Part shown: in pieces, positions 9,129-18,090 of the stretch
How the letters are laid out: the number at the start of each line of letters is the position of its first letter
Numbering within the stretch: the first letter of the stretch is position 1
From: a virus
Lineage: Duplodnaviria; Caudoviricetes
DNA: 49,133 nucleotides
Reading direction: 5' to 3' (one strand)
Virus record (IMG/VR): IMGVR_UViG_3300048574_000424
Location: 1-49,133 of that record
The notes under the pieces: generated by a model
What the model saw: only the letters and a program-made list of their open reading frames with translations
What the model was told of the DNA's origin: nothing
Database searches by the model: none
Translations under genes and position numbers: made by a program

Positions 9129-9824
9129 ATGTCCCTTATCGACAAGGAATATTTCACTCTCGAAGAAATTGAAGAACGGTGGCGGATGCCCCACCGGGAC
9201 TTGGCCTATCTTGCCGAGAATGGATTGCTTCGCTTGTCTATTCGCTTGTTTGGCGTGTCTCTCGAATTCGGTTGCTACGAAGAGATGGGAAACGGAGAGA
9301 TGGGCTCGATGGCGCTCGAGCATATCTGCTTCACCGGATTCCGGGATCTGGGCGAGCATGATCTGTTCCGGCTATTCCGCGACGGAATGGTCGAGGTGCT
9401 GCATTTCGCCGCCCCGGCCAACCACTATTGCCGCATGGCCGATCCTGGCGAGCGCGTTTCCGTCCGGCTGGTGGACGTGGTGGTTCGGCGCGAGGAGCGC
9501 GACCGGGTCGAGGCGATGCACGGCCTGGTCCGGGGGCAGCGACGATCCGGCCAGCCGGTGTTTCATCAGACTGGCGACTACACCGAGATCCGGCTTGGCG
9601 ACTTGGCCTTCTCGCTTGGCCCCGTGCAGGCCAGGATCGTGAAAGTGCTGCATCAGGCGGCCCTGGCTGGTGATCACTGGTGCGTCGGCAAGGCGGCGCT
9701 TCGCCAGGCGGGATCGGGTTGCACCCGCCTGTCCGACGCCTTCAAGTCGCAACCGAATTGGCGGCGCCTGATCGAATCCGACGGTAAGGGGCGCTACCGC
9801 CTGCGACTGCCGTCATTTCCCTGA
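9129..9824 (+). CDS. Hypothetical DNA-binding regulator (possible C-terminal winged helix)
   Basis: Divergent from the repressor; C-terminus ...LIESDGKGRYRL resembles a wHTH wing. Confidence 0.7.
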   Translation: MSLIDKEYFTLEEIEERWRMPHRDLAYLAENGLLRLSIRLFGVSLEFGCYEEMGNGEMGSMALEHICFTGFRDLGEHDLFRLFRDGMVEVLHFAAPANHYCRMADPGERVSVRLVDVVVRREERDRVEAMHGLVRGQRRSGQPVFHQTGDYTEIRLGDLAFSLGPVQARIVKVLHQAALAGDHWCVGKAALRQAGSGCTRLSDAFKSQPNWRRLIESDGKGRYRLRLPSFP

Positions 9825-9946
9825 TCCCCCATCTGGCCGCCTTAAGGCTCAACGGGTCGAGTACCCCCAGGGGGATCAGCATCCCCTCGCCATCCCCCTG
9901 ATCATCCCCCAGATTCACGTTTTTTATCCCCCTACAATCCCCCTAC
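9821..9946. repeat. ATCCCC(C) repeat cluster upstream of the early operon
   Basis: Copies at 9824, 9881, 9892, 9904, 9926, 9937 plus inverted GGGGGATCAG at 9870-9879. Confidence 0.7.
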
Positions 9947-10011
9947 GGTCCTGACGACAGGGCTTCCGGTGATCGGTCATCTTTCCCTCCGCCATAGCGA
10001 TGGAGAGAGGG

Positions 10012-10218
10012 ATGAGCATCCGACACCTGAACCAGATCCAACTGGCCCGACGCTGGAATATCAGCCACCGCACCCTGGAACGGTGGCGCTGGCTGGGCCA
10101 TGGGCCGAGCTTCCTCAAGATCGGTGGGCGAGTGGTCTACCGCGAGGAAGACGTCGAAGCCTTCGAGGTGGCGCGGACGCGCGGCGGCACCGTTCCGGCG
10201 GCGGAGATGACGCAATGA
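10012..10218 (+). CDS. AlpA/excisionase-like HTH protein
   Basis: LARRWNISHRTLERWR..G.GPSFLKIGGRVVYR motif; GGAGAG RBS. Confidence 0.85.
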   Translation: MSIRHLNQIQLARRWNISHRTLERWRWLGHGPSFLKIGGRVVYREEDVEAFEVARTRGGTVPAAEMTQ

Positions 10219-10481
10219 TCGTCTCCGACATCACCGTCTGGGTCGAGGGCGCCGCTCCCGGCGAGAGCCTCACCTATCACCAGGGATTATTGGGGATCGA
10301 CCGCGCTCCCGGCTCATCGTCCCTTCCCGATCCCCATCGAACCATTCTCGACCGCATCGCCGGTCATGCCATGGCCCTGGCCGAAAATGGTCGCGTGCTG
10401 CTGGTGCAGCGGCGTCTGGGCGTGGACCGGATCGCCTATCTGGCGGTCAAGGCGAGCGGCGACAAGCCCCGGAGGATCTGA
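10215..10481 (+). CDS. Hypothetical phage protein
   Basis: ATGA overlap with the HTH gene; YHQGLL...LVQRR pattern. Confidence 0.7.
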   Translation: MIVSDITVWVEGAAPGESLTYHQGLLGIDRAPGSSSLPDPHRTILDRIAGHAMALAENGRVLLVQRRLGVDRIAYLAVKASGDKPRRI

Positions 10482-10483
10482 CC

Positions 10484-10963
10484 ATGACCATCCCCAACCG
10501 TCCCAGCCTGGCCGACCTGGCCCGCATGCCCATAGGCGAGGTCGTCTCCCTTTCCGGCGAGACCCTGGCACTGCTGCAGGAGGAAGCCGAGGACGCCCTG
10601 CGCCGCGCCAAGGCCGCCAAGGATTGGCTCGACGGTGCGTTGGAGCGCAAATACGGCGCCCTGGCGGCGGACCACCGCCGGATCGAAGGCAAGGACACCG
10701 GCACGGTGCGGTTCGATGACGGCGCCGTCATCGTGGTGGCCGACTTGCCCAAGAAGGTCGAGTGGGACCAGGACCAACTGGCCTCCATTGTCCAGCGCAT
10801 CCGTGCCGCCGGTGACGACCCCACCGAATACGTTGAAACCGCTATCAAGGTGCCCGAACGCAAATATGGCGCCTGGCCGGTCCACATCCGCACCGCCTTT
10901 GAGCCCGCCCGCACGGTCAAGGTCGGCAAGCCGACCTTCGCGCTCAAACCCACCACCCCCTGA
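10484..10963 (+). CDS. Hypothetical phage protein
   Basis: 159 aa, GGAGG RBS, in operon. Confidence 0.8.
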   Translation: MTIPNRPSLADLARMPIGEVVSLSGETLALLQEEAEDALRRAKAAKDWLDGALERKYGALAADHRRIEGKDTGTVRFDDGAVIVVADLPKKVEWDQDQLASIVQRIRAAGDDPTEYVETAIKVPERKYGAWPVHIRTAFEPARTVKVGKPTFALKPTTP

Positions 10964-11080
10964 GGCAGCGCCCCCCCCCTGAGACACGACGGGGCAGCTC
11001 GTTCCGCAAGGGCGGGCAAGGCTTCCCTTCGGCGCCCGGTCAACGCCCCGTCGTTCCCCCCCTTTGAATTGGAGGACTCC

Positions 11081-11917
11081 ATGACCATCCGCATCATCAC
11101 CGCCGACGAGCGATTGTCCGCCGCCGGCAACAAGACCTCGGTGGCCATCTTCGGTCCGCCCGGCGTCGGGAAGACCTCGCTGCTGAAGACCCTGCCGCCC
11201 GGCCAGACCGTCTGCCTCGATCTCGAGGCCGGCATGAAGTCGGTGCAGGATTGGTCCGGCGCCAGCATCCCGGTGCGCAGCTTCGGCGACTTCCGTGATC
11301 TGGTGGTGCTGATCGGCGGCCCCGATCCGGCGGTCGATCCCAATGCTTTCTACAGTGTCCAGCATTATCAGCATGTGCGCTCGCTCTATGCCGGATCGGG
11401 GGTCGAGGAATTCCTCGCCTCCATGCCGGTGATCTTCGTCGATTCCATCACCGATCTCACCCGCCAGGTCATGGCCTTCGCCAAGCAGCAGCCGGAAGCC
11501 TTTTCGGATCGCACCGGCAAGCCCGACATCCGCGGCGCCTATGGCCTGCTGGGCCGCGAGGTGATCCAGGCGCTGAAGCATCTGCAGCACGCTCCCGGCA
11601 AGACGGTGATCTTCGTCGGCGTGCTGGAGAAGGTCACCGATGAGTTCAACGCCACCAGCTGGCAGCCGCAGATGGAGGGATCGAAGGCGGGGCGCGAACT
11701 GCCCGGCATCGTCGATCAGGTCATCTCCATGCACCTGTTCTCGGCTGATGCCGAGGGCAACTGGCTGCTGGACGAAAAGGCCACCGAGCGCCGACTGGTC
11801 TGCCGCTCCGGCAACCCTTACGGCCTGCCGGCCAAGGATCGCTCCGGCCGCCTGGAGATGACCGAGGCCCCCGATCTCGGCGCCCTGCTCACCAAGATCA
11901 ACCGCATCCCTGCCTGA
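11081..11917 (+). CDS. AAA_24 / Sak4-like ATPase (single-strand annealing)
   Basis: Walker A GPPGVGKT, DLEAG, VDSIT, C-terminal AKDR; GGAGG RBS. Confidence 0.8.
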   Translation: MTIRIITADERLSAAGNKTSVAIFGPPGVGKTSLLKTLPPGQTVCLDLEAGMKSVQDWSGASIPVRSFGDFRDLVVLIGGPDPAVDPNAFYSVQHYQHVRSLYAGSGVEEFLASMPVIFVDSITDLTRQVMAFAKQQPEAFSDRTGKPDIRGAYGLLGREVIQALKHLQHAPGKTVIFVGVLEKVTDEFNATSWQPQMEGSKAGRELPGIVDQVISMHLFSADAEGNWLLDEKATERRLVCRSGNPYGLPAKDRSGRLEMTEAPDLGALLTKINRIPA

Positions 11918-11936
11918 TTGAAAGGAACTCACCCCC

Positions 11937-12674
11937 ATGTCCTACGATCTCAACGATGCCCAGCCGCAGATGATGCCCACCGGCGAGTTGATCCCCGACG
12001 GCACCTTCGCCAAGATCCGCCTGTCCATCCGCCCCGGTGGCGTCAACGGCTCGACGCCCATGGATGCCGGACTGCTGAAGGCCGCCAGCGAGAGCGACGC
12101 CAAGATGCTCGACTGCGAATTCACCGTGGTCGAGGGGCCGTTCGTGCGCCGCAAGTTCTGGCAGAACTTCACGGTGGCCGGCGGCAAGCTCGACGACAAG
12201 GGCCAGAGCAAGGGCTGGAACATCTCCAAGGCGTCGTTCCGCGCCATGGTGGATTCCGCCCTTGGCCTCAATCCCAAGGATATGAGCGAGGCGACCAAGG
12301 CCAAGCGGCTGATCCAGGGCCTGAAGCAGCTGGACGGCATCACCTTCGCCGCCCGCATCATGGTGGAGCCCGCCAGCGATCCCAAGTACCGCGACCAGAA
12401 CCGGCTGGCCAACGTGGTGCTGCCCGACGAGGCCCTGTACGCGGCGGTGATGAAGGGCGAGGCGGTCGATCCCGATCCCATCAACGCCAAGCCGCGCAAG
12501 CCGGCGGCGACCAGCGTGGCGAGCAACGCTCCGGCCTGGGCTACCGATGCCGCTCCCGCCCAGACTCCGCAACAGCAGGCCGGCACGGTCCCCTGGAACC
12601 AGCAGCCCCAGCCCGCCGCCCAGCAACCGGCAGCACAGCCGACGGCCAATGGCCCGGCCTGGCTCAATGGCTGA
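11937..12674 (+). CDS. SSB-like phage protein
   Basis: Follows the Sak4-like ATPase; beta-rich N-terminus and P/Q/A-rich tail ending PAWLNG. Confidence 0.6.
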   Translation: MSYDLNDAQPQMMPTGELIPDGTFAKIRLSIRPGGVNGSTPMDAGLLKAASESDAKMLDCEFTVVEGPFVRRKFWQNFTVAGGKLDDKGQSKGWNISKASFRAMVDSALGLNPKDMSEATKAKRLIQGLKQLDGITFAARIMVEPASDPKYRDQNRLANVVLPDEALYAAVMKGEAVDPDPINAKPRKPAATSVASNAPAWATDAAPAQTPQQQAGTVPWNQQPQPAAQQPAAQPTANGPAWLNG

Positions 12675-12712
12675 GGAAGATGCCGCCCGTCAGCCCGGCG
12701 GGCGGCCCCACT

Positions 12713-12940
12713 ATGACCGATGATGAATGGCAGGCGCATGTGACGCGCCAGGCGGCGAAGGCGATCGGCGAATGGCTCGAAGCCCGCGGAAAACTGCACC
12801 AGCCCATCAGGGTTCTCGCCCTATGGGAACTGGAGGCCATGGCCCAGGCCGCCATCAGCAGCTTCATCGTGCTGGGCTGTTCCCGGATCAAGGACGAGCC
12901 GGGCCAGCACCCGGAGCTGACCCGGTTCTTGCTGGCCTGA
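12713..12940 (+). CDS. Small hypothetical protein
   Basis: MTDDEWQAHV..., fills the operon gap with coding-like codon use. Confidence 0.55.
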   Translation: MTDDEWQAHVTRQAAKAIGEWLEARGKLHQPIRVLALWELEAMAQAAISSFIVLGCSRIKDEPGQHPELTRFLLA

Positions 12941-13308
12941 CGCTGTGCGCCGTCTGCGACCGGGAAACCCGAGGCTTCGGCTATGTCCACCACCTGCGCC
13001 ACGACGACTTTCCCCATTACGGCTTCTGCTCGATGTGCTGCCAGCAGGCCGGCGCCGAGATCGCCCGACGGAGCAATGGCATGATCGACAAGACCGCCCG
13101 CGAAACCCAGGCCATCAAGGACGCCCGTCCGCTCTTCGCCGAGGCGCTGACGGCGCTGGGCCTGATGGAGCCTTTCTTCAACCGTTCCGCCGCCGACATC
13201 GACCTCCTGATCGAGGCAGCCGTCACCGGCTATGTCGAGTCTATGCAGCGGCAGGCCGGTGTCCAGGAGCGTAGCGGCACGCCCTTCGACGATCCCATCC
13301 CGTTTTGA
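12937..13308 (+). CDS. DUF6511-like protein with N-terminal CxxC motifs (start uncertain: CTG 12937 or ATG 13081)
   Basis: CAVC...FCSMCCQ then MIDKT.RE..AI, ending DDPIPF. Confidence 0.6.
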   Translation: MTLCAVCDRETRGFGYVHHLRHDDFPHYGFCSMCCQQAGAEIARRSNGMIDKTARETQAIKDARPLFAEALTALGLMEPFFNRSAADIDLLIEAAVTGYVESMQRQAGVQERSGTPFDDPIPF

Positions 13309-13316
13309 GACCCGCC

Positions 13317-14114
13317 ATGCTCGACCTCAACCATGGTTCCGGCTGCCAGTACCAGGGACCCGCCCGCGATCCCGGCATCACCATGGCGGTGAACGCCGCC
13401 ATCGATGCCGCCCTGGTGGTGCGCAACCGGGCGCAGGTAGCCGGCCAATATGTCAGCACCTCGGGGATCGGTCGGGAATGCCTGCGCCAGATCCAGTACG
13501 ACTATCTCGCCGTGCCCAAGGATGAAGGCCGGGATTTCGAGCCAGCGACCTTGCGGATCTTCGAGGCCGGGCATCGCGGCGAGGACGTGGTGGCGGCCTG
13601 GCTACGGGCCGCTGGGTTTGATCTGCGCACCGAGCGCCGCGACGGGAAGCAGTTCGGCTTCTCGGCGCTGAACGGCCGCTTCAAGGGCCATATCGACGGT
13701 TGCCTCGTCGGCGGCCCGGTGGCAATGGCCTATCCCGCCCTGTGGGAGAACAAGGCGCTGGGCGTGTCGTCGTGGAAGGACGTGGTCAAGCGCGGCGTCG
13801 TGTTGTCCAAGCCAGTCTACGCCGCCCAGCTTGCCCTCTATCAGGCCTACATGGATCTGCCCGCGCCAGCCCTGTTCACCGCGCTCAACCGCGATACCTG
13901 GGAAATTCACTGCGAGCTGGTGCCGTTCGATGCCGCCCTGGCCCAGACCATGAGCGACCGCGCCGTCCAGGTGGTGCGGGCCAGCGATGCCCAGGAGCTC
14001 CTGCCCCGCGCCGTTGCCGAGCGGACCTCGGTGGTGTGTCGTGGCGGCAAAACCTCGGCGGGCTGGCATTCTCCCTGCGCCTGGCAGGACCGCTGCTGGG
14101 GCGGCTGCCGATGA
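13317..14114 (+). CDS. Cas4-like PD-(D/E)xK exonuclease
   Basis: GHIDG...WENKA, Q..LY, one N-terminal Cys (EC) plus three C-terminal Cys (possible Fe-S staple). Confidence 0.75.
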   Translation: MLDLNHGSGCQYQGPARDPGITMAVNAAIDAALVVRNRAQVAGQYVSTSGIGRECLRQIQYDYLAVPKDEGRDFEPATLRIFEAGHRGEDVVAAWLRAAGFDLRTERRDGKQFGFSALNGRFKGHIDGCLVGGPVAMAYPALWENKALGVSSWKDVVKRGVVLSKPVYAAQLALYQAYMDLPAPALFTALNRDTWEIHCELVPFDAALAQTMSDRAVQVVRASDAQELLPRAVAERTSVVCRGGKTSAGWHSPCAWQDRCWGGCR

Positions 14115-15415
14115 GCGATATCACGCCGTCCGACACGCAGGCCCGCGCCATCGCCACCATCCGCCAGTGGTTCGAGACCAGGACGGAGCAGCAGCCGGTA
14201 TTCCGGCTGTTCGGCTTCGCCGGCACCGGCAAATCCACGGTGCTGAAATTCGCTCTCGACGATCTCGGCCTCGTGCCCCATAGCGACGACACGCCCGGCG
14301 TGGTCACCGCCACCTTCACCGGCAAGGCCGCCCTGGTACTGCGACGCAAGGGCACTCCGGCTCGGACCATCCACAGCCTGATCTACAGCGTCATCGAGGC
14401 CACCGAGGAGGAGATCGAGGAGGCGCAGAAACGGATCGTCCAAGCCGAGATTGACGCTCGTGCTTTGGGTGGCTTCGACCGCACCGCCGCCGAAGCCGCC
14501 ATCGAGGCGATGCGCCAAACCTTGCGGGAGATGAAGAAGCCGCGCTTCGCCCTCAATCCCGACAGCCCGGCCGCCAGCGCCAAGCTGATCGTGCTGGATG
14601 AGGTGTCCATGGTGGGCGAGGAGATGGCCCGCGACCTGATGAGCTTCGGCCGCCCCATCCTGGTGCTGGGCGATCCCGGCCAGTTGCCGCCGATCAAGGG
14701 CGAAGGCGCCTTCACCCAACAGGCCCCCGACATCATGCTGACCGAGATCCACCGCCAAGCCGCCGAGAGCGCCATCATCCGCCTCGCCACCATGGCCCGC
14801 GAAGGCCAGTCCATCGGCTTCGGCCAATACGACGACCATGCTTGGAAGATGCGGATGGCCGACGTCACCCCCGATCAGGCCCTGCGCGGCGGTCAGGTCA
14901 TCTGCGGCAGGAACGCCACCCGGTTCCAGCTCAACAACGCCCTGCGCCGGGCCGCTGGCCTCGGGGGTTCGTTCCTGCCCACCGGCCCGAACGAGAAGAT
15001 CATCTGCCTCAAGAATCAGTCGGATCTCGGCCTGATCAACGGCATGTTCCTGTCGTTGGCCGATATCGTCGATGAAGGCAGCCTGTATTTCTCGGCGGTG
15101 GTCGCCGACGAGGACGGCACCCACATCGGACCACCCGCCAGGGACGGCAAGCCGGGGCGTTTGCTGCTCTACAAGGGCCATTTCGAGGACCATGTCGCCC
15201 TCGACCCGAATCGCCATGACCGCGATTGGCGCGACAAGAAGAAGCTGACCGAGGCCACCTTCGGCTGGGCCATCACCTGCCACAAGGCGCAAGGCTCCCA
15301 GTGGGAGAACGTCGTGGTCTGGGACGACGGGCTGGGGCGCACCGAGCAAGACCGCCGCCGCTGGCTCTACACCGCCATCACCCGCGCCGAGCGGGGGCTG
15401 GTGATCCTGGCATGA
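14111..15415 (+). CDS. RecD/Dda-like SF1B helicase
   Basis: GFAGTGKS, DEVSM, GDPGQLPP, HRQA, TCHKAQGSQW, YTAITRA. Confidence 0.9.
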   Translation: MSDITPSDTQARAIATIRQWFETRTEQQPVFRLFGFAGTGKSTVLKFALDDLGLVPHSDDTPGVVTATFTGKAALVLRRKGTPARTIHSLIYSVIEATEEEIEEAQKRIVQAEIDARALGGFDRTAAEAAIEAMRQTLREMKKPRFALNPDSPAASAKLIVLDEVSMVGEEMARDLMSFGRPILVLGDPGQLPPIKGEGAFTQQAPDIMLTEIHRQAAESAIIRLATMAREGQSIGFGQYDDHAWKMRMADVTPDQALRGGQVICGRNATRFQLNNALRRAAGLGGSFLPTGPNEKIICLKNQSDLGLINGMFLSLADIVDEGSLYFSAVVADEDGTHIGPPARDGKPGRLLLYKGHFEDHVALDPNRHDRDWRDKKKLTEATFGWAITCHKAQGSQWENVVVWDDGLGRTEQDRRRWLYTAITRAERGLVILA

Positions 15416-17955
15416 TCGATCTCAATGACGTCTGGCAGGCACCCGCCCGGCATGATCTGGATGAGATCCGCGACCGCCTGGCCGCCACCGCGCAGGATTG
15501 GCTGCCGGGGCTGTTTCCGCAGGCGCGGTGGTCGCAGGACCGCCGGACGTTGCGCTGCGCCGACCTGTCGGGCCGAGCCCCGCGCAAGGAAGGCTCGTGC
15601 ATCCTGCACCTGACCGGGACCCATGCCGGCTGGGGTTTTGACCATGCCACCGGCGAAAGCGCCGGCCCCATCGACCTGATCCACCACGCCACCGGCCTGT
15701 CCGACCGCGACCTGTTCGAGGAAGCGGCGCGGCTGGCACGGCTCGATCTGCCAGCCCCGGTACGTCCGCCAACACCGAAGCCGAGCCACGATCTGGAAGT
15801 GACCCGTATCGTAGGCTCCGCCCAGCCCCTCGCCGGAACCGTCGGGGAGACCTATCTCCGCCACCGTGGTGTCGGCGATCCCGTCTCGCCCGATCTGCGG
15901 TTCCACGATGACCTGACCGATTTCGACAGCCGCCGCGGCTGGCCAGGGCTGGTGGGCATAGTCCGCGACGGTACCGGCAATCCCACCGGCGGCATCCACC
16001 GCACCTTCCTGCTGGAGGATGGTTCGGGCAAGGCTCCGCCGGGCAAGAAGATGCTCGGCCCGGTGGCGGGCGGCAGCGTCCGTTTGGCCCCCATTCCCGC
16101 CGACGGCCATCTCGGTATCGGCGAGGGTATCGAGACCGCGCTGTCGGCCTGGGCGATCTTCGGCATTCCCACCTGGGCGGCGCTGTCGGCGGGCAATCTG
16201 CGCGACTGGCAATGGCCCGAGGGGACCGCCCGAGTCACCATCTTCGCCGATGCCGGAGAGGCTGGCCAGCAGGCCGCCGCCACTCTGGCCGACCGCCTCA
16301 ATCAGGCCAACATCCCATCCACCATCGTCTCGCCCCTGCACGGCGACGACTTCAACGACGACCTCGGCAAGGGAACGGTCGCCGCACATTATAATGAGGA
16401 ATCGGCCAACTCAGCCGAGCCGCTGCCGCCGACCGGTTTCGACGACCTTTACGCCGCCGCCCTGGCGCAGACCTTCCCGCCCGACATGGGCGATCTGGGG
16501 CGGTTGCTCGGCCATCTCGCCCAGGCCCGCCTCGATCCGGTGGCCGAGCGTCAAGTGCTGACGGCCATCAAGGCCACCACCCGCATCCCGGTGTCGGTGA
16601 CGGAAAAGCAGATCAAGAATCTGCGCGGCCGCACCGGCCCCTCCGGTATGCCGTCCCTTCGCCCCACGTGGTTTAACCAGCTTCGCACCAGCCCCGACGG
16701 TACGCCCGAGCGCAATGAGGCCAACGTCATCACCGCCCTGTCGAATGATGAAGCCTTCGCCGGGGCGCTGGTGTTCGACGAGTTCCGCCAGGAGATCATC
16801 GTCAACCGGCCGCTGCCCTGGGACGACCAAGCCCCGGTCCCGCGCCCGTGGTCCGATGCCGACGACGTGCGTTGTGCCGAATGGCTCCAGCGCCGCGAGA
16901 TCAACGTCGCTCCCGCCATCGTTGCCCGTTCCGTCGGCGCCGTCGCCCGCGACGTCCGCGTCCATCCGGTGCGCGAGTATCTGACCGGCCTACAATGGGA
17001 TGGCGTACCCCGGCTGGAAGCCTGGGCGGTCAACCATCTCGGCGCCGCCGATAATCGGCTCAACCGCGCCTTCGGCTCGCTGTGGATGATTTCGGCCATC
17101 GCCCGCATCATGGCCCCCGGCGCCAAGGTCGACCACATGCTGATCCTCGAAGGCCCCCAAGGCGCCAAGAAATCCACCGCCCTGAAAATCCTGGCGGGAG
17201 CCGACTGGTTCACCGACGAACTGGCCGAGATCGGCAGCAAGGACGCCGCTCAGCAGATGCGCGGCGTCTGGATTATCGAGATTGCCGAACTGGACGCCAT
17301 TGGCCGCGCCGAGGTATCGCGCATCAAGTCATTCCTGACCCGCACGGTTGACCGCTACCGCCCGCCCTATGAGCGCTACGTCATCGACGTGCCGCGCCAA
17401 TGCGTATTCGCCGGCAGCGTCAATCCCGACACCTATTTGCGCGACGAGACCGGCAACCGCCGCTTCTGGCCTATCCGCTGCGGCCGGATCGATCTGGAGG
17501 CGCTCCGCCGCGACCGCGACCAGCTCTGGGCCGAGGCCATGGCCCTATACCATCAGGGCGCCATCTGGTGGCTGGACGATCCCGAGCTGATCGCCATGGC
17601 CCGCGCCGAGCAGGAGGAACGCTACCAGTCCGACGCCTGGGACGGCCTGATCGACCGCTGGCTGGTCTACGACAAGGAGCGGGTCAATTACGGCTACGGC
17701 GCCTACGACGACTGGCGCGAGGTGGAGGTGGCCCGGCCCGAACCGCTCTCCGACGTGTCGGTGGCCGAGGTGCTGCGCCACGCCATCGGCATCGAGCCGG
17801 GGCGTTGGACCCGCGCCGACCAGATGCGGGTCACCGCCTATCTGAAGGCAAGAGGGTGGGAGCGATACCGTGCCCGCATTGGCGCCCACAGCGAAAATCT
17901 CCGTGAATGGCGTTACCGTCTGCCGGCACGGTCGACGCCTGCTTCACACCGTTGA
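15412..17955 (+). CDS. Primase-helicase fusion (TOPRIM + VirE/VapE)
   Basis: GEGIET and IFADAG (TOPRIM); GPQGAKKST, DETGNRRFWP (VirE); ATGA overlap. Confidence 0.88.
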   Translation: MIDLNDVWQAPARHDLDEIRDRLAATAQDWLPGLFPQARWSQDRRTLRCADLSGRAPRKEGSCILHLTGTHAGWGFDHATGESAGPIDLIHHATGLSDRDLFEEAARLARLDLPAPVRPPTPKPSHDLEVTRIVGSAQPLAGTVGETYLRHRGVGDPVSPDLRFHDDLTDFDSRRGWPGLVGIVRDGTGNPTGGIHRTFLLEDGSGKAPPGKKMLGPVAGGSVRLAPIPADGHLGIGEGIETALSAWAIFGIPTWAALSAGNLRDWQWPEGTARVTIFADAGEAGQQAAATLADRLNQANIPSTIVSPLHGDDFNDDLGKGTVAAHYNEESANSAEPLPPTGFDDLYAAALAQTFPPDMGDLGRLLGHLAQARLDPVAERQVLTAIKATTRIPVSVTEKQIKNLRGRTGPSGMPSLRPTWFNQLRTSPDGTPERNEANVITALSNDEAFAGALVFDEFRQEIIVNRPLPWDDQAPVPRPWSDADDVRCAEWLQRREINVAPAIVARSVGAVARDVRVHPVREYLTGLQWDGVPRLEAWAVNHLGAADNRLNRAFGSLWMISAIARIMAPGAKVDHMLILEGPQGAKKSTALKILAGADWFTDELAEIGSKDAAQQMRGVWIIEIAELDAIGRAEVSRIKSFLTRTVDRYRPPYERYVIDVPRQCVFAGSVNPDTYLRDETGNRRFWPIRCGRIDLEALRRDRDQLWAEAMALYHQGAIWWLDDPELIAMARAEQEERYQSDAWDGLIDRWLVYDKERVNYGYGAYDDWREVEVARPEPLSDVSVAEVLRHAIGIEPGRWTRADQMRVTAYLKARGWERYRARIGAHSENLREWRYRLPARSTPASHR

Positions 17956-17959
17956 CGAA

Positions 17960-18083
17960 GGGGCAAGAAGCGGGGCAGAATCCTTACGGCTGCGCTGGGA
18001 TGCCCGCTGTATCTATTACAGCACGCTCGAAAGACGCCTGCCCTTAGGTCTGGTTGGCTATCCGCCTTCGAATGACCGGCCCC
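17960..18083. ncRNA. Candidate DUF3800-associated structured RNA (strand uncertain, likely minus)
   Basis: Nested stems 17960-64/18079-83, 17973-78/18038-43, 17980-83/17998-18001, 18006-11/18017-22, 18047-50/18074-77, starting 7 nt after the DUF3800 stop. Confidence 0.55.
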
Positions 18084-18090
18084 AGGCAGC

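Noticed and set aside
13317-14114. CRISPR-Cas system suggested by the Cas4-like gene
   Set aside because: No repeat-spacer array or other cas genes are visible; the gene sits in a phage recombination operon
10436-16389. Long minus-strand ORFs (e.g. 10436-11938, 13907-15349, 15367-16389)
   Set aside because: Antisense shadows of well-supported GC-rich genes, with no motifs or RBS
17960-18083. tRNA gene or simple bidirectional terminator
   Set aside because: No T-loop GTTC or D-loop consensus and no U-tract on either strand; kept as a candidate ncRNA instead
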